Made by a program: the position numbers and the translations under genes | DNA from: Octopus bimaculoides | Taxonomy: Eukaryota | DNA length: 34,429 nt | NCBI RefSeq assembly: GCF_001194135.2 | Contig: NC_068990.1 | Span: 78,111,114-78,145,542 of the forward strand | Direction: 5' to 3' | Shown: one piece after another, positions 34,383-34,429 of the stretch | Position numbering within the stretch: position 1 is the stretch's first letter | How the letters are laid out: each line of letters starts with the position of its first letter | The notes under the pieces: model-generated | What the model was told of the DNA's origin: nothing | Seen by the model: the letters and a program-made list of their open reading frames with translations, nothing else | The model's database searches: none

Positions 34383-34429
<47 letters not shown>

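Overview
Repeat-dominated eukaryotic DNA, with about 6 kb of N gaps mostly flanked by (TA)n, as in a short-read scaffold. The SINE/LINE families, tails and microsatellite load match what I recognise from Octopus (inference, not a database result). I can support no intact host protein-coding gene, rRNA, functional tRNA or CRISPR array. The window holds decayed DNA transposons (Tc1 DD34E, mariner, probable MITEs) and fragments of four non-LTR retrotransposon clades (Tx1/L1, R4/Dong, CR1-like, RTE-like), several of them nested. It also holds at least four tRNA-headed SINE families and dense microsatellites. The most notable observations are: a tRNA-headed SINE carrying a minimal type I hammerhead-ribozyme motif (29249-29532); a second hammerhead-like core (33411-33454); an in-frame 237-bp protein-like tandem duplication (19.8-20.5 kb); two long local inverted repeats; and a CpG-retaining promoter-like motif cluster near 34 kb.
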